Assembly (NCBI GenBank): GCA_964188305.1
Contig: OZ076888.1
Strand: one strand, 5' to 3'
DNA from: Podarcis bocagei
Lineage: Eukaryota
DNA length: 64,000 nt
The notes beneath the pieces are model-generated. The model did not search any database. It had not been told where the DNA came from and worked only from the letters and a program-made list of their open reading frames with translations. Below, in pieces: positions 13,516-27,074 of the stretch; positions within the stretch are counted from its first letter, which is position 1, and the number at the start of each line of letters is the position of its first letter. The position numbers were made by a program, and so were the translations under genes.

Positions 13516-13857
13516 AAGGGACCCCTGACCATTAGGTCCAGTCATGGCCGACTCTGAGGTTGCAGCGCTCATCTCGCTTTATTGGCTGAGGGAGCCGGCG
13601 TACAGCTTTCGGGTCATGTGGCCAGCATGACTAAGCTGCTTCTGGCAAACCAGAGCAGCACACAGAAACACCGTTTACCTTCCTGCTGGAGCGGTACCTA
13701 TTTATCTACTTGCACTTTGACTTGCTTTCGAACTGCTAGGTTGGCAGGAGCTGGGACCGAGCAATGGGAGCTCACCCCATCGCAGGGATTCGAACCTCCG
13801 ACCTTTTGATCGGCAAGTCCTAGGCTCTGTGGTTTAACCCACAGCGCCACCTGCGTC
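13516..13857 (-). mobile_element. Sauria SINE, full length
   Basis: Reverse complement of the 2187 copy; 17-bp TSD CTAGGACTGGGCTCATA. Confidence 0.93.
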
Positions 13858-14717
13858 CTAGGACTGGGCTCATAGTGCTCATAAAATGCTGCAGATCATT
13901 TGTGGAAAATGGCAGCCTTTCAAACGGATCTGACTTTTCAGCATTGGACTAGGCATTGTTTACACAGGGCTTTAAAATCTGAATAACTTTCCTGCATATC
14001 TTTCGTTTCACACTCCCGCTACATCCCCACCCTCTGTTCCACCGAGGCCTTAAACTGAACTCAAGAGCCCTTCCCTTCGTGACATGGACATCTCAGATCA
14101 GGCGACATGCTTTGCTTTGCTGCAGTTCAGTGAGTTGTAACTATCGCAAAGCAGAAGCTGATCTCTCATTGGGCAGGATCTCCCTGAAGATACTTTCCCT
14201 GCAACAAACTATGCCATAAAGCAGGAACAGAAGCATCACATACAGTCTGTTTTCTAGGAATGTTGTCATTTTGTGTTCACATACAGTAGCAAACACACTG
14301 AATATATTTTCCTTGAAAAACGTGACCCGTGGCCTCTGGTTTCCACATGACAAGACACAGAAGCTTCGTCTTCCAACTAAGCCACAGGCTTTGATCCACA
14401 TCAACCCTGTTAGGCAGAAGTACTTGCATTGGAACCCATTTTTAAATTCGTAAAAGGTTTTTTACAGCCATGTTGTAATACTAAAGAAAAGGTGTATTCA
14501 TATCAATGACATCTACAACATTTTGTAAATACCTTGATATCTTACAAATCAATACCAGTAACAAATGAACACAGTCCATTTTATAAGAGAAGTATTAATG
14601 CTTCTTCCTTTGCATGCCAAGACCACAAAGGCTGGTTTAAAGATGGTACTATTTGGCCACAATAGTAGATGGAGGGATGGTTCGTCCCCCCCCCCATGTA
14701 ATCTACAGATACCTTAC

Positions 14718-14836
14718 CTCAGTTGGTCATTCACATCTTGGAACTGTTGCCGAGCAAAGATAACTGCTGGGCTGGAATTGACTGGAAGGGCCAACCGGTT
14801 GTTAAGGTACATGTCATCCAGCCAGTAGTTTAAAAC
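14718..14836 (-). CDS. CHAT: CHAT coding exon 3 (119 nt, [40 protein letters not shown])
   Basis: Manual translation matches ChAT; tag|GTT and AG|gtaagg boundaries. Confidence 0.97.
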
Positions 14837-15770
14837 CTACAAGAAGGAGAAAAAATGGTTATAGATGACTATATATCTGAGCAATACAAGGCATGTCTAC
14901 TGTGCTTATTAGTGTGCTTAATTCTGAATCTAGGCATCTGCTGGAATAAAATTCCTTGGAGACTTTTGTTCATTGCTGTAGGAACAGACGCTGAAAGGGG
15001 AAAAAAAAAGTCCTTCCCCCACATTCCCTGGAGTCCTAAGGAAGAAGAGCAAAAGCCAAATTCTGTATTAGAATCTCTCGGGTTTATGATCAGCCACTGG
15101 AATTTTACCCTTAACTGTTGCAGCCTTTTTAAGGTGGAGAAGAGAAACTGGCCTGCTACTATGGTAGAGATTTGATTTCTATAGTTAACCATGATTTTGC
15201 TTTCATTTCTATAGTTAACAATGGTTTTTTTGTTTTTTACTCTTGGCTATCATGTACTATAACTGTCACAGCTGAAAAGTATCATAATATAAGCTTGGAC
15301 TTCCAATCCTTCTTCCTATATATGTTTTTTTAATAGCACACCTTCATTGCTATTTGTGTCTTTTAGTCTTGAATAATGAAATCATTGTTTTTGCATTGCC
15401 AGCTCTTTAGGACTGTTTCAGCGAGGGGAATAGGGAGGACATGGAACAAGAATTTTAGGACAACTTTCACCTGCACTGCTCTGATTCATACTAAGATAGT
15501 GAAGTTCTTCTTCTTCTTCCATCTTTAAAAATTGTATTTACCCAAGGGGCACATTTCTCTTTGACCTTTTCTCTCTTGAAATTCTTGGCTCCTTTGTTCT
15601 TCTTTCTCTCAGGCCTCTGCCTCCTCTAGTTACTGCTTTGTAGGCCATTGCCTGTCTTGTTCTCCTTCATTCAACCATCTGGCCTCTGTCCTGTTACCCC
15701 ACTCATCTTCCGGGCTCTCACCCTCTCTGTTTTTCTTGTCACCACCAGCATCTTTGCCCTTCCTGCCAGC

Positions 15771-15902
15771 NNNNNNNNNNNNNNNNNNNNNNNNNNNNNN
15801 NNNNNNNNNNNNNNNNNNNNNNNNNNNNNNNNNNNNNNNNNNNNNNNNNNNNNNNNNNNNNNNNNNNNNNNNNNNNNNNNNNNNNNNNNNNNNNNNNNNN
15901 NN
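15771..15902. other. Assembly gap
   Basis: Run of N. Confidence 1.
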
Positions 15903-16262
15903 TGAGTTAACATCACAAAGATATAGGATTCCCCAAATCCTTGAACTTCCCTCCACCCCCTGTGGGTTCTCTTGTTGAACTCTTTCCACTGCATCTTATA
16001 TTCTCCTCCATTTTTCTTTTAAAAAACTCTGTTATATCCTTAGTTCTTGTTACATTACAAGGGTTGTTACAATCCTGCTAATGTTTTTAATTGTTTACAG
16101 TGTCCTCCAAGATAAATTATAAATTCTCCCCATTCCTTGTTAAAGTTTTTATCTTCCTGGTTTCTGATTTTCCCAGTCATTTTTGCCAGTTTAGCGTAAT
16201 CCATCAAGTTGGTCAACCATTCTTCTTTGGTAGGAATTTTATCTTCCTTCCATCTCTGGGCA
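15903..16262 (-). mobile_element. L1 3' fragment next to a gap
   Basis: AQRWKEDKIPTKEEWLTNLMDYAKLAKMTGKIR is the ORF2 C-terminus. Confidence 0.85.
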
Positions 16263-16503
16263 CCTTGTGGTTCTTGGCCCTGTGGGACCCCAACCATGCT
16301 AATTTCGGTCTCAATGTGTATCAGCTTTTTTTGGTAGCTGAAATATTTCAATGCCTACCATGCCATCAGAGCACTTGAACCAATCCCAGAGGGGAGGTGA
16401 TGCAGGAGAGAGGCTTTAACACAAGCAAGCAACATGAATTTTTAGATTATTCTACATATTCTATCTGATGAAGATATCTGGAACAAAGTAGCATTGGGCT
16501 TAC

Positions 16504-16695
16504 CCAGTTCTCAACTTTTTCTCGTCTTTCTAGCAGTTTTTGCTGAAGGACCTCCCCTGGGCCTCCCGGAGCTTCAAACCTATCCACCATGGCCTTAGTC
16601 TTCTTATATTGGTCTTCTGACACCAAATGTTTCATGCAGTGAAGATACATGTGCAATGTTTGTTGCAGTGGTGGGACTGGAAGTTTGGGCAGCAC
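16504..16695 (-). CDS. CHAT: CHAT coding exon 2 (192 nt, [14 protein letters not shown]...KVENW)
   Basis: Choline/carnitine acyltransferase [13 protein letters not shown] signature; AG/GT boundaries. Confidence 0.98.
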
Positions 16696-18098
16696 CTATT
16701 TAAAAAAGATATTGATTGATCAGACACTGGATAGCTCTTTGAAGTTTTGTCATAACTATCAGTTACACGTGTTTGAGATCTGTCAGATTCCATATGGAAC
16801 AGGATTAATGTCTTTGTTGTCATTGCACCAAAGGAAGGATTTTGGTCAGGGCATCTTCTTCCATTATGGTGTTGCAGTGAGTGACTCAAGGAGTGAGTGA
16901 GCGAAATTCCTCCTCTTATGCAAATTTCAAAGATGCAGGAATCGGATCCCATGACAAACTTATCTGGTATGTGCATATCTTTTGCCTCTGTTGTATAACC
17001 CCTGCCCTCTCAAATAGTTAAATGCAGAATTTGTAACAATTTGAATTGCAAAAAGCAATGCAACCGTTTCTGTCTCCAAAATCTGCTACAGTACTTCAAG
17101 CTGTATGCATTAATGATGTACTGAACAGGGCAGAGATTTAGTTTATTTTTTAAAAAATGGTATCTTATTAATGTTCTCTGAAAGAAATAGAACAGAACAA
17201 GAAATGGTCTAAGTGCAAATGAAATGACAAGCCTAACATCTTGCACACCTGCTACAAAGGGAGTACAGGAAGCAAAAACCAGAGTAGACTGCTACAAAAT
17301 ATATGCTTGTCACAAGGTCCAGTCAGAATTTATGTCCTAGTCATGCAATTCATCATTATGTATCAGCTACTTTCATACAAAGGTGTCTTCATGAAAAGAG
17401 AATTTGGGGGTCATGTACCTTTCACTATAGCATTAATAATAATAATTAATAACAACAACAACAACAACAACAACAAATTATTTATTTATTCCCCGGCCAG
17501 AGCCAGACTCAGGGCGGCTAACAGCAATAAAATTACAATAAAACATAATAGGGGAAAAAACCAAAACAAACAAATACCAGTTTATTCAAATACAGGTTAA
17601 AATACAATTTAAAATGCAGCAAAGAGAGGGTGATTTCCATCCTCTAGAAATCACCATTCTGGCTACTACCAGGAGAAAGATTTTTGGATCTTTATGAAAC
17701 ACCCTGGGGCCTTCAAGATTGACAACAGAACCCAAAAGGAGATTTTGAAACCAATTGGTCTGTTCTTCCCAAGATGTGATCAAACACCAGGTCTCAAAAG
17801 ACTTCCCTATAAGGGCAGTGTCACTGTATGTGAATTAGTGAGCTCCAACCTAATATTTATTTAAAATGAAATAGGTGAATTGATTTATTAAACCTTCTTA
17901 ATTGACACTCATTTTTCTGATACATTCCACCCTGGCATCCCCCACTGCAACCTGGCATGTTATATCTTTCATTGCCACCTTTTGTGTATTTTCCGAGTGT
18001 TCAATTGTCACGAAAAATGACAAGGTCACATCGACCACTTTCACACACACCCAGCCCCTTGTTCAACATCCCATTATTTTCTAGAGACAGTTGCTCAC

Positions 18099-18161
18099 CA
18101 TCTCATCTTGGCTGCAAGCTTCTTTCTCTTTCTTCTTCGCAGCTTTCTCTAGGATTGGCAT
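18099..18161 (-). CDS. CHAT: Choline O-acetyltransferase coding exon 1 (MPILEKAAKKKEKEACSQDEM); whole exon 18099-18194
   Basis: The MPILEK start matches the rodent-type ChAT N-terminus. Acceptor ttttag before 18194, donor gtgag after 18099, phase 0 into VLPKLPVPP. Confidence 0.92.
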
Positions 18162-18646
18162 CTTTGCGTTGTGTTTGGTCCTTTTGATGGAGAGCTAAAA
18201 TCGAAAACACTTGCAGGTGATTGCAGAGTCGTACGCCTTAGGTCTAGAAATAAAATAATTGGGAGTGTGTGGGGAGGGAGACAGAAACAAATCATCGATT
18301 GGGACAGGGATTCAGGAAAGTCTGCTGCATTATGTTCATGTGTAAACTCGCAGCTATTACAGGAATGCACATGGGGGAAGAAAATGGGATTTGTAGTTTT
18401 TGGAAATAAAAACATTTTTGTAGATGCGATGCACACTGAAATCTCAGAGAATATTGCATATGGCTTTTCTTGTTTCTTTTCATCCATTTCAGTCACCACC
18501 ATTATTATTACTGATAATACAGGCACCCCATTTTCTAAGTAGTGAGCTCCTCAGGGGTGCATTGTTCCTCAAGTTCTGTTTCTTTTCAGTGTCATCATTA
18601 GAGGGTTGTGGTGTGGTATGATTTTATTTACACACATATATATAGT

Positions 18647-18847
18647 TAGATAAATAGGTACCACTCCAGCGGGAAGGTAAATGGCGCTTCTGTGCGCTGC
18701 TCTGGTTCGCCAGAAATGGCCTAGTCATGCTGGCCACATGGCCTGGAAGCTGTATGCCAGATCCCTTGGCCAATAAAGCAAGATGAGCGCTGCAACCCCA
18801 GAGTCGGTCACGACTGGACCTAATGGTCAGGGGTCTCTTTACCTTTT
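18647..18847 (+). mobile_element. Sauria SINE, 5'-truncated
   Basis: 3' half of the family; flanked by TATATAGT. Confidence 0.9.
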
Positions 18848-18860
18848 TATATAGTCTGAG

Positions 18861-19208
18861 AGGCGGATGGTGCTGTGGGTTAAACCACAGAGCCTAGGAC
18901 TTGCCCGATCAGAAGGTTGGCGGTTCGAATCCCCATGACGGGGTGAGCTCCCATTGCTTGGTCCCTGCTCCTGCCAACCTAGCAGTTCAAAAGCACGTCA
19001 AAGTGCAAGTAGATAAATAGGTACCACTCCAGCGGGAAGGTAAACGGCGTTTCCGTGCACTGCTCTGGTTCGCCAGAAGTGGCTTAGTCATGCTGGCCAC
19101 ATGACCCGGAAGCTGTCCGCCGGCTCCCTCTGCCAATAAAGTGAGATGAGCGCCGCAACCCCAGAGTTGGTCACGACTGGACCTAATGGTCAGGGGTCCC
19201 TTTACCTT
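18861..19208 (+). mobile_element. Sauria SINE, near full length
   Basis: Family match; TSD TATAYAGTCTGAG at 18848-18860 and 19209-19221. Confidence 0.92.
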
Positions 19209-19563
19209 TATACAGTCTGAGCATAAGTGAAGCAACAGGTGAACAGCAAATGTCCCAAATTCAAACCATTCTGTCCTATCTTGTTTACATATCACAGGAA
19301 TTGCGGGAGTCTTACTATTGCATAGTTATGAATGGGCTGCAAAAGGGCACCCTATCTCTCGCTTAATGCATCATGGGAGATGTGCACTCTTTGGAAAGAG
19401 GGGAGCACAGAAGAAGTCATTAGAGGAAGAGGGAGAAGAAACAGAAAACAGGTCCACAAAATGACAGCAAGACATTGGAGATGGCACTTCACTGTCATTC
19501 ACTCAACTGTTGGTTCGAGGGCTACCATGTTTGTTACTATAGCAAGGGAGTGAACAAAATTAA

Positions 19564-20039
19564 TGTCAGGATGCTGTCAGCGGCTCCCGACTGGTTGCCC
19601 AGGAATTATAAAGACAAGGAAAAGTTTTTATAGTCCTTTTTTATTTCAGTCTTTATAGAACCCATCCTCTTGGATAATGGCATTGTCCCAAGTGAATCTC
19701 CACCCTCCGTCTCTCCCACTTCCTCATTCGTCATTCTCATCGCCTCCTCTTTGGGTGCTGCTAGGTGCCCTCTGCCTTTGAGCTCTTTGCTCTCCTACTT
19801 TTAAGACTCGCTGGGTTCTGGGAGATGGAGGGTCTGGAATGCTTTCTAATGACAACGTGTCAGTCAGGTGTTGTTCTGGCTTTCCCATGATTTCCCAACT
19901 TCCCCCCTCATCTGCCTCTGAGCTGTGACCTCCCTAAAACTCCTGCTGTAAATCTATGCTGTCTTCCTTTTCCTCCTCCCTGGAAGGGTCAGGATGGGGA
20001 GGTGGTCTCCATTATTCCTCCTCTGCCCAGTCCCTGACA
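19564..20039 (-). mobile_element. Solo LTR (476 bp)
   Basis: TGTCAGG...CCTGACA termini and 5-bp TSD ATTAA; a related fragment at about 40580-41420 is split by a MITE. Confidence 0.82.
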
Positions 20040-23000
20040 ATTAAGCAAATACGATGTAAAATGAGAGGAATAGGCATTGCTCATGACCAGTGATGTCACA
20101 GGCACTGTCCAATAGGTGCCCGTTATTCCTCACCACCATTTTGCCTCCAGGTGCCTCCAGGAGGAAAAGCATTCTACACAATGCTCACTGGTGTAATGGG
20201 AATGCAAGGGAAACATGTGTGTTTGTGCTGGCCTCAGACTTCCTGATTCCTAGTGATGGAATAATGTGTGATCAGCTTTGTGACAACTGCTAGTTACTCA
20301 TAGGCAGAGAAATGAAACCCTGCCAAGCTCACTTTGATCAACAATCTGCTCAAGATGTGGAAATGGATATTCCAAGGTGAAAGGTTAATGCATTGACTAA
20401 CAGCTCCCCTCCACTCTTGGTCTTTGCCAAATATCCATTATCCTTTATGCCAACATAAATTCTCAAAAGGCTTCAAGTGAGCTTGGGTCTTATATTCCAC
20501 GCCTGGGAAGTAATGAAATAACATAGTACAATTCCTTTTAACTAATTTTTTTCTGACTCAACTTAACTGCATACTGATGCCTTTATTTGCCACCTGACTC
20601 AAAATACCATTTTCTTTAAATCCCTGGTTTTCATATCATCTTGCACCAACTGAAGGAACCCTGGGCAAGAACTGGATCATTTCTAAGTTCTGCATAGCAC
20701 CTGGCATATGGTGACAACTGCATAGAACTCTGAAATGATGTTCCAGGTATCCACATGTCTGCCCACTCCCTCCTTCAGAGATATTTCTCAGGGGTGGGAA
20801 GTTGAAAACTACGCCAGAAGAGTGCATACCAGACTCCCTTGTGATACCTCAATGCTCAAAAAGGAGATTGCGTAGCAATATGCCCCTCTCTGAAAAGACC
20901 ACATGGGGAGCATCACAGAGGTCTGAGCTTTAGAAACAGAACAGTTCCCAATACTGAAGACAGATTGTCCTGTACAAAATATGTTGCTTCCTGCCCTCCC
21001 CAAGTTTGAAAAGTGTGCAAGATGAAAGAACCCCTCACGTGTGAACTTAGAATATTGGAAGCATAAAACCGACATGCCAAATTTCTTTCTTATATCTCAA
21101 GGCTCAAGGGAGGTATTGTGCTCCAAACCACAAACCTATAGTCCTCAGATGTTGATGAACTACAACTCCCATCATGCCTTACCACTGGCCATGCTGGCTG
21201 GGCTAGTGTCCAGTAACATCCACAGGTTGCCTAGCCTTGCCGTAAACAAGGGATGGATACAGCCAGCACCAGAGGCCTACATCACTGGGGATCTGTCGAG
21301 GCCATGTCAAGAAGTGAGTTAGAAAGCTCACTGGACCTACTCTGATAATAGGCAATAGAACAAAAGAACAATATCCCCATCTCTCTACCCCACCTTCTCC
21401 TTTCCCCCAACTTCAAGATGTCTATGACAAAAGTATTTCTCACCAAATGTAAATGAACTGTGAACAAGACTATAAATTGAAAGTGGAGACAATAGATGTA
21501 CCTTTCCTTGTTCATCTATTTGCTTTGTAACACAAACAAACTTAATACAAACTTTTTTTTAAAAAAGAAAGCTCATTGGACCAGACCTTGTCCCTTTAGC
21601 CTAACCTGCCTCATGAGGTTTTTTGAGGATAACATGGAGAAGGGGAGAACCAGGTAACACCACCTTGAACTCCTTGGAAGAAGGCTAAGCAAGAGCAAAA
21701 CAGGAAGTCTTGGTTTTGATACATTTCCTGTGTCTCGCATTTTCAATGTCAAGCGGCAGCTTCTTTCACAAGTGGTTTGTGATTCAAAAGGAAGACTGGA
21801 TTATGCCAATGGAAACAATTCCCTGGATGACTTTACAGCCAGTTGCCCAAATGACTGAAAAGAGCAGAGGACTTCGGAGACAAATGAATGCCAGCTACTT
21901 TGATTAGGCCCAGCTCCATATGCGCCTCTCTTCCAGTTAGCCCTGTGATGGGGAAAGTGACATTTAAAGGATCCTGTGGTTTTCACTGTTCTTCAAAGCG
22001 ACAGCAGTAACTTGCGGTGGAGGAGGCAGACAGAGGAACCCTCTCCAGTATAGACGAGAGAGGTCAATCTGAACTTTAAATCATCCTTTGATTGACATTT
22101 ACTGCGCTTGTCAGTGAAAAAACGAGACAAACCCCTCCTTAGTTTTTCTACCCTTGTAGAATCATAGAATAGTAGAGTTGGAAGGGGCCCAAAAGCTCAT
22201 CTCATTCAACCTCTTGCAATGCAGGAATACACAGTTGTCCCATATGGGGAATGAACAATCTATTTGGTTCCAATACTATGGGTACCTACTCAGAGGTAAA
22301 TTCCACTGTGTTTAATTAGGCTTACTCCAAGGAAGTGTACATAAGATTGCAGGCTCTGGAAACAATCTGATTTGGTCGTAGTTGGTTTTTTGTTAAAAAA
22401 ACAACAACCAACAACTATGGTCATAGTTTTAAAAAGCAATCAAAAGAGATGTGCTTGTCAATGACAATTACACAAATGTAAGGAAAGAAATCACAACTAC
22501 ACAAAGGAGGTATCTGGTCTTAAGAGGTCTTAATTAACATCTCTGCTCCTGACAATATTGCTGGATTTCTTTTAGTTTGGCATCTCTATTTGGTCTTGAT
22601 GTACTTGCCCAAAAGGTGTGTGTGTGTGTAAATAGCATGGCAGAATTATTCCCTTGATATCACAGTTGCTTGCACTTCAGTTCATTTTCTTTTGGCAATA
22701 TTTACCCTGCTGTAGTTGCCATCTGTCCCTGTATTATGCTAAAGGTAGACTCAAGGTATGCACACATTACGGATCTGCAGCATCATTTCAAGTATGGGGC
22801 AGGGCAGTGATGCCGAGAAAAAAGGAGGAAGAAACAGAATTGAGCTGCGGTAAATAATAGGCCAGTTAGTTAATGGAAATAAGGTTCATTTGTGGGAGCG
22901 GGGCGGGGGTATTTTGAAAGTCACCTTAAAAATAAAACACAAGTTTGAGACTTACTAACTGGCATTTTGTTGTTGTTGTTTTTAATACGAGATGCACATT

Positions 23001-23234
23001 TGCATAAGAGGAACTGGATATTCATACAAAATATAGTGTAGATTAGATGCCTGAAAACAAATACATACGAAAATGCAAAGACAGGAAAAAAAAATTCAAT
23101 AAGAAGTTTCTACAGATAACCATTTAAAAGGATGGTGCAAAGTGTGTGGGGTGTATGTTTTATCTTGTTTTGTGCTTCTATTTTTTATACCTATGTGTAA
23201 GCTGCTTTGTGAAGCGTATACTTGGAAAGCAGGT

Positions 23235-23492
23235 TAAAGGTAAAGGGACCCCTGACCATTAGGTCCAGTCGTGACCAACTCTGGGGTTGCGGCGCTCATC
23301 TCGCTTTATTGGCCGAGGGAGCCGGCGTACAGCTTCCGGGTCATGTGGCCAGCATGACTAAGCCGCTTCTGGCAAACCAGAGCAGCGCACGGAAAGGCTG
23401 TTTACCTCCCTGCTGGAGCGGTACCTATTTATCTACTTGCACTTTGACGTGCTTTCAAACTGCTAGGTTGGCAGGAGCAGGGACCGAGCGAG
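23235..23492 (-). mobile_element. Sauria SINE, 5'-truncated
   Basis: Family match with a (TAAAGG) tail on the plus strand. Confidence 0.9.
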
Positions 23493-26127
23493 AGCTCAGT
23501 TGGTTAAATAATGTACATTTCTGTTGCCCAGTTAGAGAAACTGCAGTATTGTAATTAACGTTGGTCAGCAGCCCCATTCACAGCAAGCTGTCTCTGTGGT
23601 GTGGGGGCCACAGGGAATGGGCTTTCTTCACATGTCACATTGGTGGAACTTTCCATTTCTAATGATGACCACATAGCATTCCCAGGTCACATGGCTGCAT
23701 CCAGACCAGTATCACATCTCCAGCTGATGTGGGAAGTAACCACGTGACCTGGGTGATCCATGTAAACTATCAATGCAATCTTGGAGCTCCACCATGAAAA
23801 AAGTGTTTTCTCCCTCTCCCGCCACAATTTGGGCACCTCCTATGCTTCAGACAATATGTCAGGCTAGAGAATGTTCACAGTTGAGCAACAATAGGCCAAT
23901 TTGCATGAAAACATGTTTCTTAACTGAGAGCTGCGGCCATCATCGCTTGACAGCTTGGCAGGGTATGCAAAACGGTTCTCCGCAACTGCCTTTCATAAAC
24001 AGAGCTTATATCAGAGAAGGCGAGCTTGCCAAGTGATGAGATGTGGTCGTGCAATTATCAACACCTCTGCTGAATGTGTGGGTTGATCCTGCACTCTCTC
24101 AGAGTTAGGATCCCAACTCTGAAGGGTGATTAGGAGGCACTGCTTGCAAAGGGCTCAACGTTGAGACTTGGCTCAGACAGGGATGGGGTGTGAAATATTG
24201 GTTTTGCTTCTCAATGTTCCTTTGTGCTGGAACAAGGCCTGCTCCCAACCTTGTGGGCCAACTTTGACATAATAATACAATATCATATATTAGCTCATGG
24301 TTGACAGGTGGGCTTCCCTGCCCATCGGCCAAAACCCAGCACTCGTTCTTTCAACTTCAAAACTGTAGATTGAGAGCATCAGTGCAGAGTGGGGTTCTGT
24401 CCCTCTTGCACCTCTCCTTTCAAGCTTTGTAGTCAAACCTCTTCCACCTCCTTGAGTGACACAGGCTCCTACCACCCACCAGCTGATGCACCAGGAGCAA
24501 TTGGAAGCCCACTTTAAGCTCCTGGTGGCTCCTCTGAGGGCCACCCCTTCCTGTCCCATACCTGACATCATGTATGATCATGGTTTCCCCATGGACAAGT
24601 GTAGCTTCTTCTAAACAGCCTCATGGGCCAAATGGGGAGGCCTAGTGGGCCATGTTTGGTCTGTGGGTTGCCAGGTGTCCCCCCCTCTAGACGGTGTCTG
24701 ACTCCAACTCCCATCAGCCCCAGCTGGCATGGCCAATGGTCCAGAAGGACCAACAACATGGAGGAGCACAAGCTCTCCATCACTGTTCCACAACTTTGGT
24801 GAGGGATGGAGCCCTCTGCTGGGGATCAGGTGGCCGTGAAATTAAAGATGCTGTGTTGCACAGCTGCACAATTTACAAACTACTGAATAGTCAAATGTCA
24901 TTCCATTTAGGAGGAGAGAGGCAGATTCTGCAGACAGGCAGTCATTGTTTTTCAGAGTGTTGATGGTACAATATTGGCATTGTCACCACATTGTCATGTC
25001 TGATAAATAGCCCGGTTTATGCATTTTCACGTTTATCATAGTCCATAACAGAAATGCAAAAATGCAGTGTCTAAAACAAATGACAGAACTCACACCTTGC
25101 TCCAATGGGAAAGGGTAGACCAAAACCGGTTGTCATCTTGGAAAATGTGCTTTATTTTTACTGATTGCTTTAGTACATTTATATGTTGCCTGTATTCCAA
25201 GAAGCTCATTTAAAAAGATGATGATGAAGAGGAAGCTCAAGTTTAGGCACATAGTTCTTCATGCCTCCCTTCACAACAGCTCTGTCAAGTAGGTTAGGCT
25301 GAGAGAGTGACTGGCTCAAGGTCACCTAGTGAGCTCTGTGGCTGAGAGGGGATCTGTGTCCAACTCTTCCCACCGCTAAACCAATAGTCTGACCCAGCCG
25401 TTGCCAACCTGGTGCCCTCCAGATGGTTCAGACTATGACTCACATCAGCCCCAGCCAGACTGGAAGTTGTAGTCCAAAGAGTCTGGAGAACCCTGGGTTG
25501 GAGAAGGCCGCTCTAACTAGCACACCACACGGACTGCAACTCGGTGCATGGAATTCAATGAAAACAGCATGATTTATATTTTATTAAGATAATACTAAGG
25601 CATAAGCAGCTTTAATACTTCCTGACATCTATTTTGCTACCAAAACCACAAACCTTTGAAGGTCAGACTAATTCTTCTTAGCTGACAGCGGTTGGGGTAG
25701 ACATTTATTTTATAATTTATTTGTGAATGGGGCCTTGGATGTATATAGGGTTTGTGAGCTTTCTGTAGAGTTTTATAACCTTGTTTGTCTGTCCAGTGGA
25801 ACAAAAGAATTTTCATGGAGACACAAAAGGCAATGATAATACCTCTTCCACGATAGTTGCAAGTATCGTCTGCTTCCAGCCAAAGACAGAATATAATGGT
25901 CTTATTAAGTATTTTGTATCTGTATTTGGTCTGCCTATATGCATAAGCCAACTCACTTTGTTTCTCAAGTGCCCTTTGTCCTAAAAAGAAAAAAGAAAAA
26001 AAGTGCCCTTTGTCCTTTAAATAAAGCAAAACAGGTAGGAAAATCCAGGTGTGTTCCAAAAGTAGATTTCAGTACTTGCACATGTGATACGATGGACATT
26101 CTCAGAAGCTGCATCAAGAGGTAACAT

Positions 26128-26276
26128 GAAGAATCATGGAACTGCAGAGTTGGAAGGGACCCCGAGAAACATCTAGTAAAACGCCCTGCAATGCAGGAAT
26201 ATGCAGTTGTTCCATACAGGGATTGAACCTGCAACCTTGGCATTATCAGCAGCATTTTCTAACCAACTGAGCCATC
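26128..26276 (-). mobile_element. tRNA-Ile-headed SINE with the same CR1-type tail
   Basis: Reverse complement: gctcagttggttag...gctgataatgccaaggttgcaggttcaatccctgtatgg plus the cccttccaactct tail. Confidence 0.8.
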
Positions 26277-26285
26277 CATGCAGGC

Positions 26286-26472
26286 CCATAGCTCAGTGGC
26301 AAGGCGTCATTTTGCATGCAGAAGGTTCTAGGTACAATCTCTGGCATTTTCAGGTTGGGCTGGCAGAGAATCCTGCTGGAAATAGTGGATAGCCACTGCC
26401 GGTCAGTTTGGGGCAGCACTTAGCCAGGCGGTTGAACAATCTGACTCACTGTAAGGCAGCTCCCTTACGTTC
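26286..26472 (+). mobile_element. tRNA-Ala(TGC)-headed SINE
   Basis: tagctcagtgg...tttgcatgcagaagg...ggcat head. A minus-strand copy at about 33079-33385 is split by the tRNA-Lys SINE. Confidence 0.7.
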
Positions 26473-26704
26473 TTCGCCTCTAAAAAGCCCCTCATTTGAG
26501 CTCTAGCGCTCCAAGCCCAGCTCAGTTCTGGTTCAAGTTCAGGAAAACTAAAGAGGATGGTAGCTGCTTTTGGCATGTGCAGAGGGCATGAACACCCCTC
26601 CCCCAAAACAAAACTTGGGACTAGAGAGTGGCTTCCAGTTACATTTAGATGCAGCATGGCCTGTAGATAGCTTAAAGCCTATCTTTGTAGAGTATGACAT
26701 AGAA

Positions 26705-26933
26705 TCAGAGGGCCTTCTCGGTAGCGGCGCCCACCCTCTGGAACGCCAAGGAAATAAACAACTACCTGACTTTTAGAAGACATCTGAAGGCAACCCTTTT
26801 TAGGGAAGTTTTTAATGTTTGATATTTTATCGTGTTTTTAATATTCTGTTGGGAGCCGCCCAGAGTGGCTGGGGAAACCCAGCCAGATGGGTGGGGTATA
26901 AATAATAAATTATTGTTATTGTTATTATTATTA
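26705..26933 (+). mobile_element. Short L2 3' end
   Basis: Same family as the 57680 element, with a (TAT)n tail. Confidence 0.8.
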
Positions 26934-27074
26934 TCATAAATTTGTAGAGTTGGAAGGGACCCTGAGGATCATCTAGTCCAACCCCCTACAATGCGGGAAT
27001 ATGCCGTTGTCCCATATAGGGATCAAACTTGCAACCTTGGTGTTATCAGCACCATGCTGCAGCCAACTGAGCTA
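26934..27074 (-). mobile_element. tRNA-Ile-headed CR1-tail SINE
   Basis: Second copy of the 26128 family; a truncated third copy lies at about 22158-22255. Confidence 0.8.

Noticed and set aside
15480-15994. ORFs around the first N gap
   Set aside because: They span Ns; the pyrimidine-rich flank could not be assigned to any gene or element with confidence.
20101-20120. GGCACTGTCCAATAGGTGCC, RE1-like halves
   Set aside because: Non-canonical spacing and a poor left half; likely chance.
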